NCBI GenBank assembly: GCA_002811645.1
Contig: PDIP01000073.1
Coordinates: 105,524-169,523 of the forward strand
Source: Corallochytrium limacisporum Hawaii
Lineage: Eukaryota > Protista > Pluriformea
DNA length: 64,000 bases
Direction: 5' to 3'
The notes beneath the pieces were generated by a model. That model was not told where the DNA came from. It made no database searches and saw only the letters and a list, made by a program, of their open reading frames with translations. Positions 10,883 through 21,319 of this stretch are shown here, piece by piece. How positions within the stretch are numbered: the first letter of the stretch is position 1; every line of letters begins with the position of its first letter. The translations under genes were made by a program, and so were the position numbers.

Positions 10883-13800
10883 TCAGAGGGTCAAGGTCAG
10901 ACACTGATCCAGGCCGAGGTAGCATGGACTCATTACCAGCAGACTGAGCTTGGCACCTTCTTTGACATATCCCAGTTCGTGTGCGACCTCCAGACTGATG
11001 AATATCTGCAACGAAGGTCGCAGAACGAATCGTTTCAGAGCCAGGACATCGTCCCGCTCTTGATCGCAGAGAAGGACCATCCACTGATCATCTGTGTCTT
11101 TGTGAACTCCGGGCGTAAATGCCATCCTCTTCGGCTTCTTAGCTCTGTTAGTGATGTACAGAGTGATGCCAGAAACGGAGGTGGGGTGTTTCCGGCTTTT
11201 GTTGCGACCTTTCATGCCCGGCCCTTTTGCACTAGCGGTATGGTTGTCATCAATGATCTCAGTCTTGATATCAAGATGTGGCAAGCATTCCAAACGCATC
11301 CGAATGGCCCGCCATTCGTTGCCGGAGAACAGTGATTGGAACGCAAAGATCTGTTTCTTTGCGGTATTATTGCCACCCTCTGCGGCATGGAAGGCCTGCA
11401 ACACTGTTGCGACGTGAAGCCAATTAATTCCTAGCTTTTGAAGGACAGCCCGGGTGTGGTGCTGGGTGATGCGCCTGCGCAGCAGCGTTGCAATGCTCGG
11501 AGTGGTCAGCCACTGACCCTGGTGAATCATCTGCAGGACATTGATGGCATGACAGGTTGCCTGAAGCCATCCCTGATCAGCCAGAATATCAATCATGGCT
11601 TGTAAAATGCGCACTGCTTGATCCATAACAGTCTTTGTGTCCGTGACGTAATCTGCAATCGGCAGTTCCACATCGCTGGAGAAATGCGCCTGGAGCAAGA
11701 GGTGTGTCTTCACGTACGGTGACTCCCACTCGATGTCGTTCTTGTCCTCGAAAGCCGGAGTCAACGGTAAGCTCTTCGAAAATTCTTCGTTTACGACATC
11801 CTCGTTATGCCGGACGGGTAGCTCGTCGAATTCGTAGCAATGGCTGAGCACCAGAAGCATGTCTGTGAGTCGACTGGACTGGTCAAGATCCTGCTCAAAC
11901 CGTCGCACACTCTGGTGACTGAGATAATAGTACGATGCAATCTGACCTAGGCTTAAAGGCGTAATCGCACCACGGTCAACTTCTCGGTTGATTTCAATGC
12001 ATCCACTCGTCTCCAGAGTGTCGATTATGTCGTCAGCCAGGTCGCTGAGGTATTCATTTACATTTTCTGTTGATGTCTCGTCCAAGCCATAGTATGAAGG
12101 ATTCTGGAGCAAACGTCGGAAAAAATAGGTCCAAGTTAGGTAGTGCATGATGTCAGCTGCAGACCGGATGGTACCCGCCACAATTTCGGCGTTAATGTGG
12201 TCCGGTAGATGCTCATGCAATGAGCTCTCAACCGGAAAGGGCTCGTAAAGGAACTTCTTGTAAAAGTTCTTCTTGACATCGTGAACAAAGATTACGGCCT
12301 TACCGCTAGTGTCGAACTGTGGTCGCCCGGCACGACCCATCATCTGTAGGACGTCGGTGATGGGATAGTCGACATAGCGCTTCTGCTTCCCATCGTAGTA
12401 CTCGGTACCCTTCACCACTACCAAATGTGCCGGGAAGTTCACACCCCACGCCAAAGTGGAAGTGGCAACCAGAATCTGAATCTTTCCTTCGAGGAACCAC
12501 TGTTCGACGAGCTTGCGGTCGCTCTCAACGAGACCAGCATGGTGCATGCCCACACCATACGTCAGACACACCCGAAGAGACTCATCTCTTGCGGTGGCTG
12601 CCACCTCCTCCGCGTACATTTCATCCGTGTGCAGGAAATGCCTCGGATTGTCCTGTGAAGCGCACAGAGAAATGATGTCCATGGCAGTCAAGCGCGTCTG
12701 CCGACGACTGCTCACGAAAATCAAAACTGGCTTCGTCGGTGAGTGTTCCATGATGGCATTGAAGGCAGGCTTGTTCATTGTAGCCATACGAGGGCAATAG
12801 TGTTTCCCTGGGAAGCCAGCAATGTGTACTTCCAATGGTACTGGGCGCACACTAGGCCGGAAGTTGTATAGACCAGACGCTCTGATGTTCAACCAATTGG
12901 CCAGATCATCGGCGTTTGCCAAGGCCGTACTGAGACCGATGATGCGCACGTTCGTCTTTGTGTGCTGGCTTATGTAGTTTGTTCTGCTGACAATGACTTC
13001 CAAGACTGGACCGCGATCGCCACCAAGCAGATGGATCTCATCAATGACCATCAGCGTTGCCTGTCGCACATAAGGCCTGTTCTGCCAACTACGACTAACC
13101 GCATCCCACTTTTCAGGGGTGGTGACGACCAGGTTTGCATTGTTGATTGCCCGAATATCAGGCGAAAAATTTCCAGTTAGCTCCACGACATTCTTTCCGT
13201 AGTCCTTCTTGAAGCGGGGCTTCCAGTCGTTTACACGCTCGCGTACCAGCGCTTTCAAAGGCGCAATGTATACAACCTTGTTTTTCGGGTACTTTTGAAA
13301 GCTGCGGTAGATGGCAATCTCCGCAGCTATGGTCTTTCCACTACCGGTAGGAGCACCCAGTAGTACGTTGTCATCGGTATGGTAGAGACGGTGAAAGAGC
13401 TGCGTCTGGATCGGATTGAAGTGAGAGAACTTGTAGCTGCTCTCGTAAATTGCGTTCTGCAAAGCAGAGATTGGTAGAGGTTCCAGATCAAGCAGTTCAG
13501 TGTGAGCAGTACCTGATTTAGGCAGTGTAAGGTTGTCGAACGTGATCGGCACCACATACTCCGCACCCAACCAACGATCGCTTACGGCCTTCACGTAATA
13601 CTGTGCGGGGGTGGGCTCAAAGATCGGAATGCTAAACACAAGGCTCTGCGATTCCGTTGCTTGTTCGCGATGGAGATGGAAGAGCTCGTAGTGGTAAATG
13701 TTATTGCTGTCGGGATCCTCGACCCAGATGTACCAGCTCTCCATTCTGCCGTGGATGCGCTCGTTCCATGTAAACTCTGCAGTCAGCTCCAGGTGCAGTC

Positions 13801-16800
13801 TCAGCACAGTTCGTGTAATTGGCTGAATGGTAGCCTCGATGCCTAATGCTGGGAACTGTTCCGCAGCGCGCTTCACCACTGTACCCATTTTCGGATGGTT
13901 GATCCAGTGTCCAATGTCCGCGGGTTCCATATCCAAAATTTCTTCAATGGAGATGCCTTTGTCCTCAATCTTGTTCACGAGTTCGGGTTTTAGCAGAGTG
14001 CCCAAAAACTGCTTCAGAGGGTGCGACATAACCCACTGTCTGCGTTCAACCATCTTGCAGAGTCGCAGTACCTGAGCCGTCAGAGATGCCCATCCTTTCT
14101 TCAGTGCGATCTCGAAGACGGCACGGAATATTCGCTGAGAATTCTGAGCAATGTATGACGTGTCAGACACAAGACTGAAAACCTCCAAGTAGTGTTGGCT
14201 GATATATGCCTGTAGAAGGGCGTTGACCTTGCCATGGGACGTCTCAATACCGCTCTTGTCTGGTAATGGCGATGACGTCTTCTTAAGCTTCTCCAGCTCC
14301 TTCAATTCCTCATCACGCACCTTGATCTGCTCAAACTCTTCAGATTGCGCTACACACTGGATGATCTCGGCGTACGACATTTGGGGCCTTAGGAGATTGT
14401 TAAACTTGGTGATCGTCTTCCACGAAATGTAGAAGTTGGATGCCGTGCGTCCTAGATCGGTGATGGCCAGGGAGCCCGTCCTTTGGTTGTAACGAATCAT
14501 CCGAGCCTGATCAAGTTCCACAGCAGCACGCTCGAGCAGCAGTCGACGATGGCCCAGCATAGTGGGGTCAGCCAAGAAGTCTTCATGAGTTACGCCGTAG
14601 GCAAGAGGATTCCTCTGCAGACGGACGTAGAAGTACGAATAACTGAGCCAGCGCACGGCATCATCAATAGTGTTTACAGTGCCAAGGGACACCTCTGCAT
14701 TCAAATTGTCCGCAATCTGTTTGTCAAACTGTGACTCAATGGCAGCCTGCCTGGAGATCAGGTTCAGGTACTTGAACAGTCGCTTGTGATCCGTGATGAT
14801 GATGCCGAGACCGGAGGTGTCAAACTGAGGACGGCCAGCGCGACCAAAGATTTGTAGGACATCTAGGATGCCTAGATCCACAAAGCTTGATGTCTTGCTA
14901 TCGTATATATCTGTGCCCTTGATCACAACGGCATGAGCTGGTAAATTCACACCCCAGGCCAGAGTGGCCGTACAACAGAGGACGCGAATCAGGCCCATAC
15001 CAAAGTACTTTTCCACCATGTTCCGATCGCTTCTCAGCATGCCGGCGTTGTGCATCGCAAATCCTGCTTCAAACAATTCCTTGAGTTGCTTGTTCTTGGA
15101 TTTTTGTATCGCTTTCACGGCGCGGTGCCATTCGGGATGGTCTTCGTCGCAGAACAATTCTGTGCATTGCTCCTGGTTGGCAAAATCTCGAAGCGCCATT
15201 GCCGTTTTGACCGTCTCATTTCGTGAGTGCACAAAGACCATCACTTGATGGCCGTCACGCACATTCTCAAGTACCTTGTCCCAGGCAATTTCGTTCATGT
15301 TCTTCTTCTGTTCAAACCTACTCTTGGCCTTCACACCGATGAACTCCTGAGATAGAGGGACTGGGCGGAACATACTGCCAAAATAGAACATGCCACGATG
15401 TGGATTGACCCGCAAGAATTGCGCTACATCAATATAGCCTGGTAATGTAGCGGACAGGCCGACGATACGAATCAGGGACTGTTTGCTTTCCACCTGCCGA
15501 AGAGTCCTTGCCACAATAGTTTCAATGACTGGACCTCTTTCGTCATGCAACAAATGAACCTCATCTATGATTAGAAGCTTGACAATCTCTGTTAGAGCAA
15601 CATCTCCTGTACCCTTTCGGCTGATCACGTCCCATTTCTCCGGAGTGCTCACAATCATCTGTGTACTACTGATCTCCGCTTTCGACAGTTGGGTATCTCC
15701 AGTGACCTCTTTGACTGTAATACCCAGTGGTGCCAGTCGTTTGCCAAAGTTCTCAGTCATTTCGGCGGCCAAAGCCTTCATAGGTGCAATGTACACGATC
15801 TTAAAGTTGTTCAGCTGCAGGATTCCGTCAGCATCCACATTTCGCTCAACCTCCCGCAATACCGTCATCAGAGCAACATTGGTCTTGCCCGCACCAGTTG
15901 GAGCACAAATCAGTAGATTCTCGTTGGTCAAGTAGGCAGCCGGAAACACAATACTTTGCATCCGGTTGAGCTTAGTGATCTTACGCTCGTTGGAAGCAAA
16001 GGCCATTTGGGCGAGTAGGCTAAAGCTTTCAGCGACATCTACTAGTGGAATCGCCGGAGGCCGCGTTGCCGTGGCCGGTAGAGAAAAGGATTCAAAAACC
16101 CGGTTGTTATCCTGCAACGTTCCTGCAGGTAGCATCAATTTGCCGAAGGCATTGCCTGCAGCAGACTGTGCGTATTCCTTTGCCCGGTCTTCGAACACGA
16201 ACGGATACTTTTCATCACTTTCCCGGGTTAGCTCTCTCAGCTGGGCAATGATCTTCGATGCCTTGGTCGGCTTCTCAGATTCGTCTTCGAGAGTCAGCAA
16301 GCCAAAAGATTGAAGCATTGACTCCATATCTCTGTTGCGTGCAAGTGCACCAGACTTCTTTAGCTTTGCAATCTGTTTCTGCTTCCGTTCCGCACGGTCG
16401 TCCTTTAGCAACATAGACTTGCTCTGTCCCCCACCACTACCTTTTTCGTGCTCGATACGCCAAAGGGCAACTTCTAGCTCCTCGTCTAGATTTTTTACTA
16501 TTTCTTCGTGATTGTCTAATAAGAATGACAATGTTTCGATATTTTCCGCACCAATCAGGTCGAACAACGCTGCCTGCAGGGTGTCCTCGTTTCCGACATG
16601 CGACTTCATGGTATCGAACACATTCCGAACCCAATCCTTAATTTGTGCTGACGTTGACGCGCCCTGCTGTCTTGCTAGTGACTCTAGTCTTGATCGAGCG
16701 TCCACAAGGATGTCCCATATACTCATACCGCCGTTGTCAGAATCCGAGACATCGTCCTTCGCAAGTAGAGGGCAGATTTCCAAGTAAGTTTTTGGTGTCC

Positions 16801-16957
16801 ACTTGGTTTGTTTGGGTGGATCATTGGCAAAATATGCATCGTACTCATCTGGAAGTCTAATTGGACTGTACGTGGACAATCGGTCCGGTGGCACAAGAGC
16901 CAACTCCGGGCCAAGCTCCGACCGTACCGTGTCCGTAAACCGTACTAATCGTGTCAT
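10883..16957 (-). CDS. ASCC3: Ski2-like tandem helicase ASCC3/Slh1
   Basis: Two DExH cassettes (APTGAGKT/DEVH and APTGSGKT/DEIH), each followed by a Sec63 domain. The ASCC3-type motif GFPGKHYCPRMATMNKP is present. Confidence 0.93.
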   Translation of the reverse strand: MTRLVRFTDTVRSELGPELALVPPDRLSTYSPIRLPDEYDAYFANDPPKQTKWTPKTYLEICPLLAKDDVSDSDNGGMSIWDILVDARSRLESLARQQGASTSAQIKDWVRNVFDTMKSHVGNEDTLQAALFDLIGAENIETLSFLLDNHEEIVKNLDEELEVALWRIEHEKGSGGGQSKSMLLKDDRAERKQKQIAKLKKSGALARNRDMESMLQSFGLLTLEDESEKPTKASKIIAQLRELTRESDEKYPFVFEDRAKEYAQSAAGNAFGKLMLPAGTLQDNNRVFESFSLPATATRPPAIPLVDVAESFSLLAQMAFASNERKITKLNRMQSIVFPAAYLTNENLLICAPTGAGKTNVALMTVLREVERNVDADGILQLNNFKIVYIAPMKALAAEMTENFGKRLAPLGITVKEVTGDTQLSKAEISSTQMIVSTPEKWDVISRKGTGDVALTEIVKLLIIDEVHLLHDERGPVIETIVARTLRQVESKQSLIRIVGLSATLPGYIDVAQFLRVNPHRGMFYFGSMFRPVPLSQEFIGVKAKSRFEQKKNMNEIAWDKVLENVRDGHQVMVFVHSRNETVKTAMALRDFANQEQCTELFCDEDHPEWHRAVKAIQKSKNKQLKELFEAGFAMHNAGMLRSDRNMVEKYFGMGLIRVLCCTATLAWGVNLPAHAVVIKGTDIYDSKTSSFVDLGILDVLQIFGRAGRPQFDTSGLGIIITDHKRLFKYLNLISRQAAIESQFDKQIADNLNAEVSLGTVNTIDDAVRWLSYSYFYVRLQRNPLAYGVTHEDFLADPTMLGHRRLLLERAAVELDQARMIRYNQRTGSLAITDLGRTASNFYISWKTITKFNNLLRPQMSYAEIIQCVAQSEEFEQIKVRDEELKELEKLKKTSSPLPDKSGIETSHGKVNALLQAYISQHYLEVFSLVSDTSYIAQNSQRIFRAVFEIALKKGWASLTAQVLRLCKMVERRQWVMSHPLKQFLGTLLKPELVNKIEDKGISIEEILDMEPADIGHWINHPKMGTVVKRAAEQFPALGIEATIQPITRTVLRLHLELTAEFTWNERIHGRMESWYIWVEDPDSNNIYHYELFHLHREQATESQSLVFSIPIFEPTPAQYYVKAVSDRWLGAEYVVPITFDNLTLPKSGTAHTELLDLEPLPISALQNAIYESSYKFSHFNPIQTQLFHRLYHTDDNVLLGAPTGSGKTIAAEIAIYRSFQKYPKNKVVYIAPLKALVRERVNDWKPRFKKDYGKNVVELTGNFSPDIRAINNANLVVTTPEKWDAVSRSWQNRPYVRQATLMVIDEIHLLGGDRGPVLEVIVSRTNYISQHTKTNVRIIGLSTALANADDLANWLNIRASGLYNFRPSVRPVPLEVHIAGFPGKHYCPRMATMNKPAFNAIMEHSPTKPVLIFVSSRRQTRLTAMDIISLCASQDNPRHFLHTDEMYAEEVAATARDESLRVCLTYGVGMHHAGLVESDRKLVEQWFLEGKIQILVATSTLAWGVNFPAHLVVVKGTEYYDGKQKRYVDYPITDVLQMMGRAGRPQFDTSGKAVIFVHDVKKNFYKKFLYEPFPVESSLHEHLPDHINAEIVAGTIRSAADIMHYLTWTYFFRRLLQNPSYYGLDETSTENVNEYLSDLADDIIDTLETSGCIEINREVDRGAITPLSLGQIASYYYLSHQSVRRFEQDLDQSSRLTDMLLVLSHCYEFDELPVRHNEDVVNEEFSKSLPLTPAFEDKNDIEWESPYVKTHLLLQAHFSSDVELPIADYVTDTKTVMDQAVRILQAMIDILADQGWLQATCHAINVLQMIHQGQWLTTPSIATLLRRRITQHHTRAVLQKLGINWLHVATVLQAFHAAEGGNNTAKKQIFAFQSLFSGNEWRAIRMRLECLPHLDIKTEIIDDNHTASAKGPGMKGRNKSRKHPTSVSGITLYITNRAKKPKRMAFTPGVHKDTDDQWMVLLCDQERDDVLALKRFVLRPSLQIFISLEVAHELGYVKEGAKLSLLVMSPCYLGLDQCLTLTL

Positions 16958-17245
16958 ATTTCTGTAATCTACGGCATGTTTGCAGTCCTATGCTGTACTA
17001 TGTTATTGATTTATGTATGTTGATGTAGATTTTATTCTTTAACATGTATGTATGCAACACGAGCGTCACATCTCAAGTAGGTGATGGATCAGGCCTGATG
17101 CGTTTTCACCCACTTTCTCCAACTCTGCGTGGCAGCCCCCCCCCCCCTTCCGCTCTCCCAGTGCCAAGAAGGGGCTTTACGAAAATGGACGTATAGCCAG
17201 GTGAAGCAGGCTCGCCGCCAGAAGTTTCATTTCCTTTCACCGAGC

Positions 17246-17947
17246 TTACAACACATTCCATTTCTCTTCGAATGCACCACAGATGCGATTGCAACAGATG
17301 GCGGCACTGAGTGGATAGTTGGAAATACTAATACTGTCCTCGCAGTAGCTCACGTCGACGTCTCCGCTCGCAAAGCAGCCGATCACAAAAGCGACGGGTT
17401 CCTCCTCTGGAAATTCCTGCACGATCTTGTTCACGGACCTGACGCCATCCGGGTCATACTCTAGCCTAATCTTCCGGCATCCAATGGGAAGATGGTCAGT
17501 AACGGGGTTCTTGATCACCTTCAGCAGCCGCTCGCTGCTCTCCACAGCCCGAATTGACCGCTTCAGCAGCAGCTGTACCATTAGGCCACAGAAACGCTTG
17601 AACGTACGCGGAATACGGGTGTGCGGATTGATTTCGATGAGTGTATTCTTCTGCGTGCGCACATAGACCTGTAGGAGGCCAGCCTTGTTTAGAGGGCTGT
17701 CTAGTAGAGCTAGGAGACACTGATGCGCGATGTCAGGGCGGTGGTCAGCAATGTTCATTCCATTCTTACGAAGAATCTGTTGGTGATCATCCGCGTTCAG
17801 CAACTGAAATTCATTTCCGACTTTCACACTTTCCAATCGTGCTCCCTCCAGAATGATGATCAGACGTTTTGCTTTTTGCGCCTCATGTTTGGTCTTGGGC
17901 AATTTTGTTGAATGATCCTCTTCTCCTGGTGCTGCTTTCCGCTTCAT
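17246..17947 (-). CDS. EMG1: 18S rRNA pseudouridine N1-methyltransferase Nep1
   Basis: Motifs RPDIAHQCLLALLDSPLNKAG, RIPRTFKRFCGLMVQLL and ISNYPLSAA. First ATG is at 17947. Confidence 0.96.
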   Translation of the reverse strand: MKRKAAPGEEDHSTKLPKTKHEAQKAKRLIIILEGARLESVKVGNEFQLLNADDHQQILRKNGMNIADHRPDIAHQCLLALLDSPLNKAGLLQVYVRTQKNTLIEINPHTRIPRTFKRFCGLMVQLLLKRSIRAVESSERLLKVIKNPVTDHLPIGCRKIRLEYDPDGVRSVNKIVQEFPEEEPVAFVIGCFASGDVDVSYCEDSISISNYPLSAAICCNRICGAFEEKWNVL

Positions 17948-18369
17948 TTTTGCTAAGCTCTGTCGTTCACAATCCACACAAGCGTATTACGAAACTTTAC
18001 AAAACTACGTTCACATGGCTTAAACACCATTTCTCCTCCATACAAACGCACACGCTGTCTAACTACCTCCTGCCCGCGCGGATCAATCGCGGGTCTGCAA
18101 GTTGGATTGGGCCGACACGCGGTGATTTGAAGGATTCCACAATATGTATATTAATTTCGCCAGTTTTCCGCATGTTCTCTATTTGGCACTTGTCCAGATG
18201 CGCAGATACTTAGCGTACTCACTGTATCAGCTGCGGGTCATGTTAGTCGTACAGCGCTTCATAACCACCCGAAGACCCAAACCGTCAACTGGTGCTTTGG
18301 AAAATTGCTTTGGCTTGCTGTCCCTGAAAACCCCTGTTGCTCATCGTACAAGAGCGCCATCTACCATCC

Positions 18370-18990
18370 GTTTCTGGCCGTTGATCGGGTGCTCGACTGC
18401 TGGTGCTCGACTACAACGCTTAACTCTCTTCTTTCTTGGTTCTCACTGTTAATTTTTCATAGAATCACAATACTTCCGTTGGGCACCCCGTGGGAAGCGG
18501 ACATAACTATCTTAACGCAGTGGAGAGGGGTCCGTTTTCTCGCATGTTGTTTTTGTGCGTGCGCTCTCCGGCCAGATAGCAGTGCCCTCTGTAACACTCA
18601 ATGAACCGCGCCAGGATAGATCTTGGGCTCATGGCTTCCTAGAATTCCAATGGCCTCGCCCTTATGAACTATGACCTACGCACACCTGTTGCTGGTGATA
18701 CGAACGGAGCAATTACATCCTACGCACTCTTTAGAACTTTCTCTCTGCATGCCTGGATGAAGCCCGAATGTTTCGTTGTTGATTGTTGGAGATGGTTATG
18801 GTGATGGCGGTACTATGTCCGGATTCGCCGTAAAGTGAAACGCAGAATTGTCCTTCAGCACAAGGGGAAGTGAAGGTCAAGCTTCTCATGTGCACGCTTA
18901 CACAGCTAAAGTGGCTTGTTTCTGTACCGCGCGTCGATCAAACTCTCATGCAAAGGGTTCCCACGCACTGGAACTCAGAAGACTCTCAAT
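18370..18990 (+). pseudogene. Possible decayed hAT/ZBED transposase fragment
   Basis: VLDCWCS (18389-18409) resembles hAT DxWTS, and LMQRVPTHWNS (18945-18977) resembles LIQDVPTRWNS. They are about 190 codons apart in different frames with stops between. No TIRs seen. Confidence 0.35.
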
Positions 18991-19307
18991 GTTGGGGCCG
19001 AGAAATTTGACACAACTGAAGAAAATTTCTCTGGTGCGTAGAACTAAAGTTGCTTCGGACAGGGCACGGCTCCGTTCCGAAGAGATCATTTTCAGTATTG
19101 AATGAACTGAATCTTTGCTGACCCAACACGGTGCAAAAATTAACGACACGGGTACCCATTAAACAACCCGCCTCGCCGCAGGAGCAAGTCGCTGTGGGAA
19201 AGGGGAAGCGGGCAAGTAAAGGTGCAGAACTCGCTACAATTTCACAGCACCTTTGAGATCAGACGGACGACCTCCATTATCTCCTCGAACAGTGCCGGAC
19301 TCTTTGG

Positions 19308-19483
19308 GTCAGTACTTGTGCATTGGCTGCCTTCTGATTCTCCCGAAACTTGTTGAGCACTGGTGCTGACGGAAGCCTACGTTGTGCGCGGAAGAGTGAA
19401 CAGCTCAATGGTATTTCATGTGGTGAGGGTAGCTAGAATAGCATTCTGAATTCATATACTAACTAATCTGTCGGGTATCATAG
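19308..19483 (+). other. Candidate spliceosomal intron in the BCAT 5' leader
   Basis: Donor GTCAGT at 19308, branch point TACTAAC at 19457-19463 and acceptor TAG at 19481-19483, 17 nt before the ATG. Confidence 0.55.
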
Positions 19484-19500
19484 TTCCAATTAGCAACAAT

Positions 19501-20706
19501 ATGCTGCTTACCCGCCATTCTCGCGCCGTTGTCGGCGCTGTGAACCGTCATGCGCTGCGCAAAAATGCCTGCGCTCTGAGTGTGTTCACCAACGAACGCT
19601 ACTACTCAACTCCACTGTCAAGTGCTGGTCTCACTGTTGAGCGGACCCAAAACCCGGGAAAGATGTTGCCTCTGGACCAGCTTGTTTTCGGCAAAACCTT
19701 CAGTGACCACATGCTGGAAGTCGAGTGGAGCAAGGAGAAGGGCTGGGAGAACCCCAAGATCGTCCCTTATCACAATCTGAACCTTGACCCTGCCACGGTT
19801 GTCTTCCACTACGCGGTTGAAATCTTCGAGGGTATGAAGGCGTATAAGGATGCCGACGGTCAAGTTCGTCTGTTCCGCCCTGACAAGAACATGGAGCGCA
19901 TGAACAATAGTGCCGCTCGTATGGCCCTGCCTACGTTTGACTCCAACGAAATGCAAACCCTCCTCAAAGAACTCGTCAAGGTCGAAAAGGACTGGGTGCC
20001 TGACCAACCGGGATACTCTCTGTACCTGCGCCCTACCATGATCTCCACCCAAGAGACTCTCGGTGTGGGAGAGAGCACCAAGGCTCTCTTCTACTGTATC
20101 TGCAGCCCTGTTGGCCCCTACTACAAGACCGGGTTTGCTCCAGTGAAGCTGTACGCGGACCGTAAGCACGTTCGGGCCTGGCCTGGCGGTGTCGGCTTCG
20201 CCAAGTGTGGTGGCAACTACGCTGCCACTATCCAGCCACAGCTTGAGGCTGCCAAGAAGGGATACAGCCAGGTGTTGTGGCTGTTCGGAGATCACGAGGA
20301 GGTCACTGAGGTCGGTACTATGAACTTCATGATGATTTGGAAGAACGAGCAGGGTGGGCACGAGCTGGTCACAGCTCCTCTGGACGACGGTACCATTCTG
20401 CCCGGTGTCACCCGCGACTCTGTTCTGTCGCTTGCTCGGGAATGGGGTACCAAGGTTACCGAGCGCAAGTTTACGATGAAGGAGGTATTGAAGGCTCTGG
20501 ACGACGGACGCGTGCAGGAGATGTTTGGCTGCGGTACGGCCTGCATCATCAGCCCCATCGAAGAGATCTTCTACAATGACAAGACATACAAGGTGCCTTG
20601 TGGAGATGGTGTTGCAGGACCCATGGCCATGAAGCTGCTTGATACCATCCAGGACATTCAGTATGGCCGCATGGAGCGCCCCGACTGGTCCATTGTCTGC
20701 GCCTAA
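19501..20706 (+). CDS. BCAT: Branched-chain amino acid aminotransferase, mitochondrial-type
   Basis: FEGMKAY, LYLRPT, PLP lysine in KCGGNY, EVGTMN, ILPGVTR and FGCGTAC. The Arg-rich N-terminus resembles a presequence. Confidence 0.96.
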   Translation: MLLTRHSRAVVGAVNRHALRKNACALSVFTNERYYSTPLSSAGLTVERTQNPGKMLPLDQLVFGKTFSDHMLEVEWSKEKGWENPKIVPYHNLNLDPATVVFHYAVEIFEGMKAYKDADGQVRLFRPDKNMERMNNSAARMALPTFDSNEMQTLLKELVKVEKDWVPDQPGYSLYLRPTMISTQETLGVGESTKALFYCICSPVGPYYKTGFAPVKLYADRKHVRAWPGGVGFAKCGGNYAATIQPQLEAAKKGYSQVLWLFGDHEEVTEVGTMNFMMIWKNEQGGHELVTAPLDDGTILPGVTRDSVLSLAREWGTKVTERKFTMKEVLKALDDGRVQEMFGCGTACIISPIEEIFYNDKTYKVPCGDGVAGPMAMKLLDTIQDIQYGRMERPDWSIVCA

Positions 20707-21319
20707 ATGACACCGTCGTATACTTCATACGCTCTCACATCATGATCACAACACCACATCACACTACCATACGAAAACCGCATTACATTGAATCTATCAT
20801 AGAATACTCATGGCATCGATGTTAACACAGGACTGGTTGTCAGAGGCCCCAAGGCAATGGTTTCTGCACGCTCCACTCTCCACTCTCTCAAGAGTCCCAC
20901 CATCATTTCTGCCTATTCTAGGGACTACCACCAACTGAACCCCTCCTATTCCACTAGCCATGAAAGCTCCACTATTCCCTCCATTATTTCACTATTGTCG
21001 CATAGTAAATGTACTCAATATGTGCGGGAGTCCCGTTCCCCTCCCCTTGCGAACCGCGCGGGTCAGAAAGGGCATCCGGCGAGGCCAGGGAGGAAGCTCG
21101 GGGAGTAGGTCAACGCGCCGCAAGTGTCGCACATTGATCGAGTGCGCAAGTTTGTACTATTTAGAGTGACGGCAAGCAGATCACACCCATGTGGCCTATG
21201 ACGTCTCTCTATACTTGTGATGTTCGGCGTGGTTACAAAATAAACCTTAAACAATGAGGGTGAGCAGACGGAAGAGTTAAAGGAAGAAATCTTCAATAGC
21301 GTACAGATTTGCTCATAAG

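Noticed and set aside
18760-18800. GT-B glycosyltransferase-like SPNVSLLIVGDG
   Set aside because: A single motif with no downstream E-x-F-G-x7-E signature.
21085-21200. RNase P CR-I-like GGAAGCTCGGGG
   Set aside because: No complementary CR-V/P4 partner, and too little space before RRP6.
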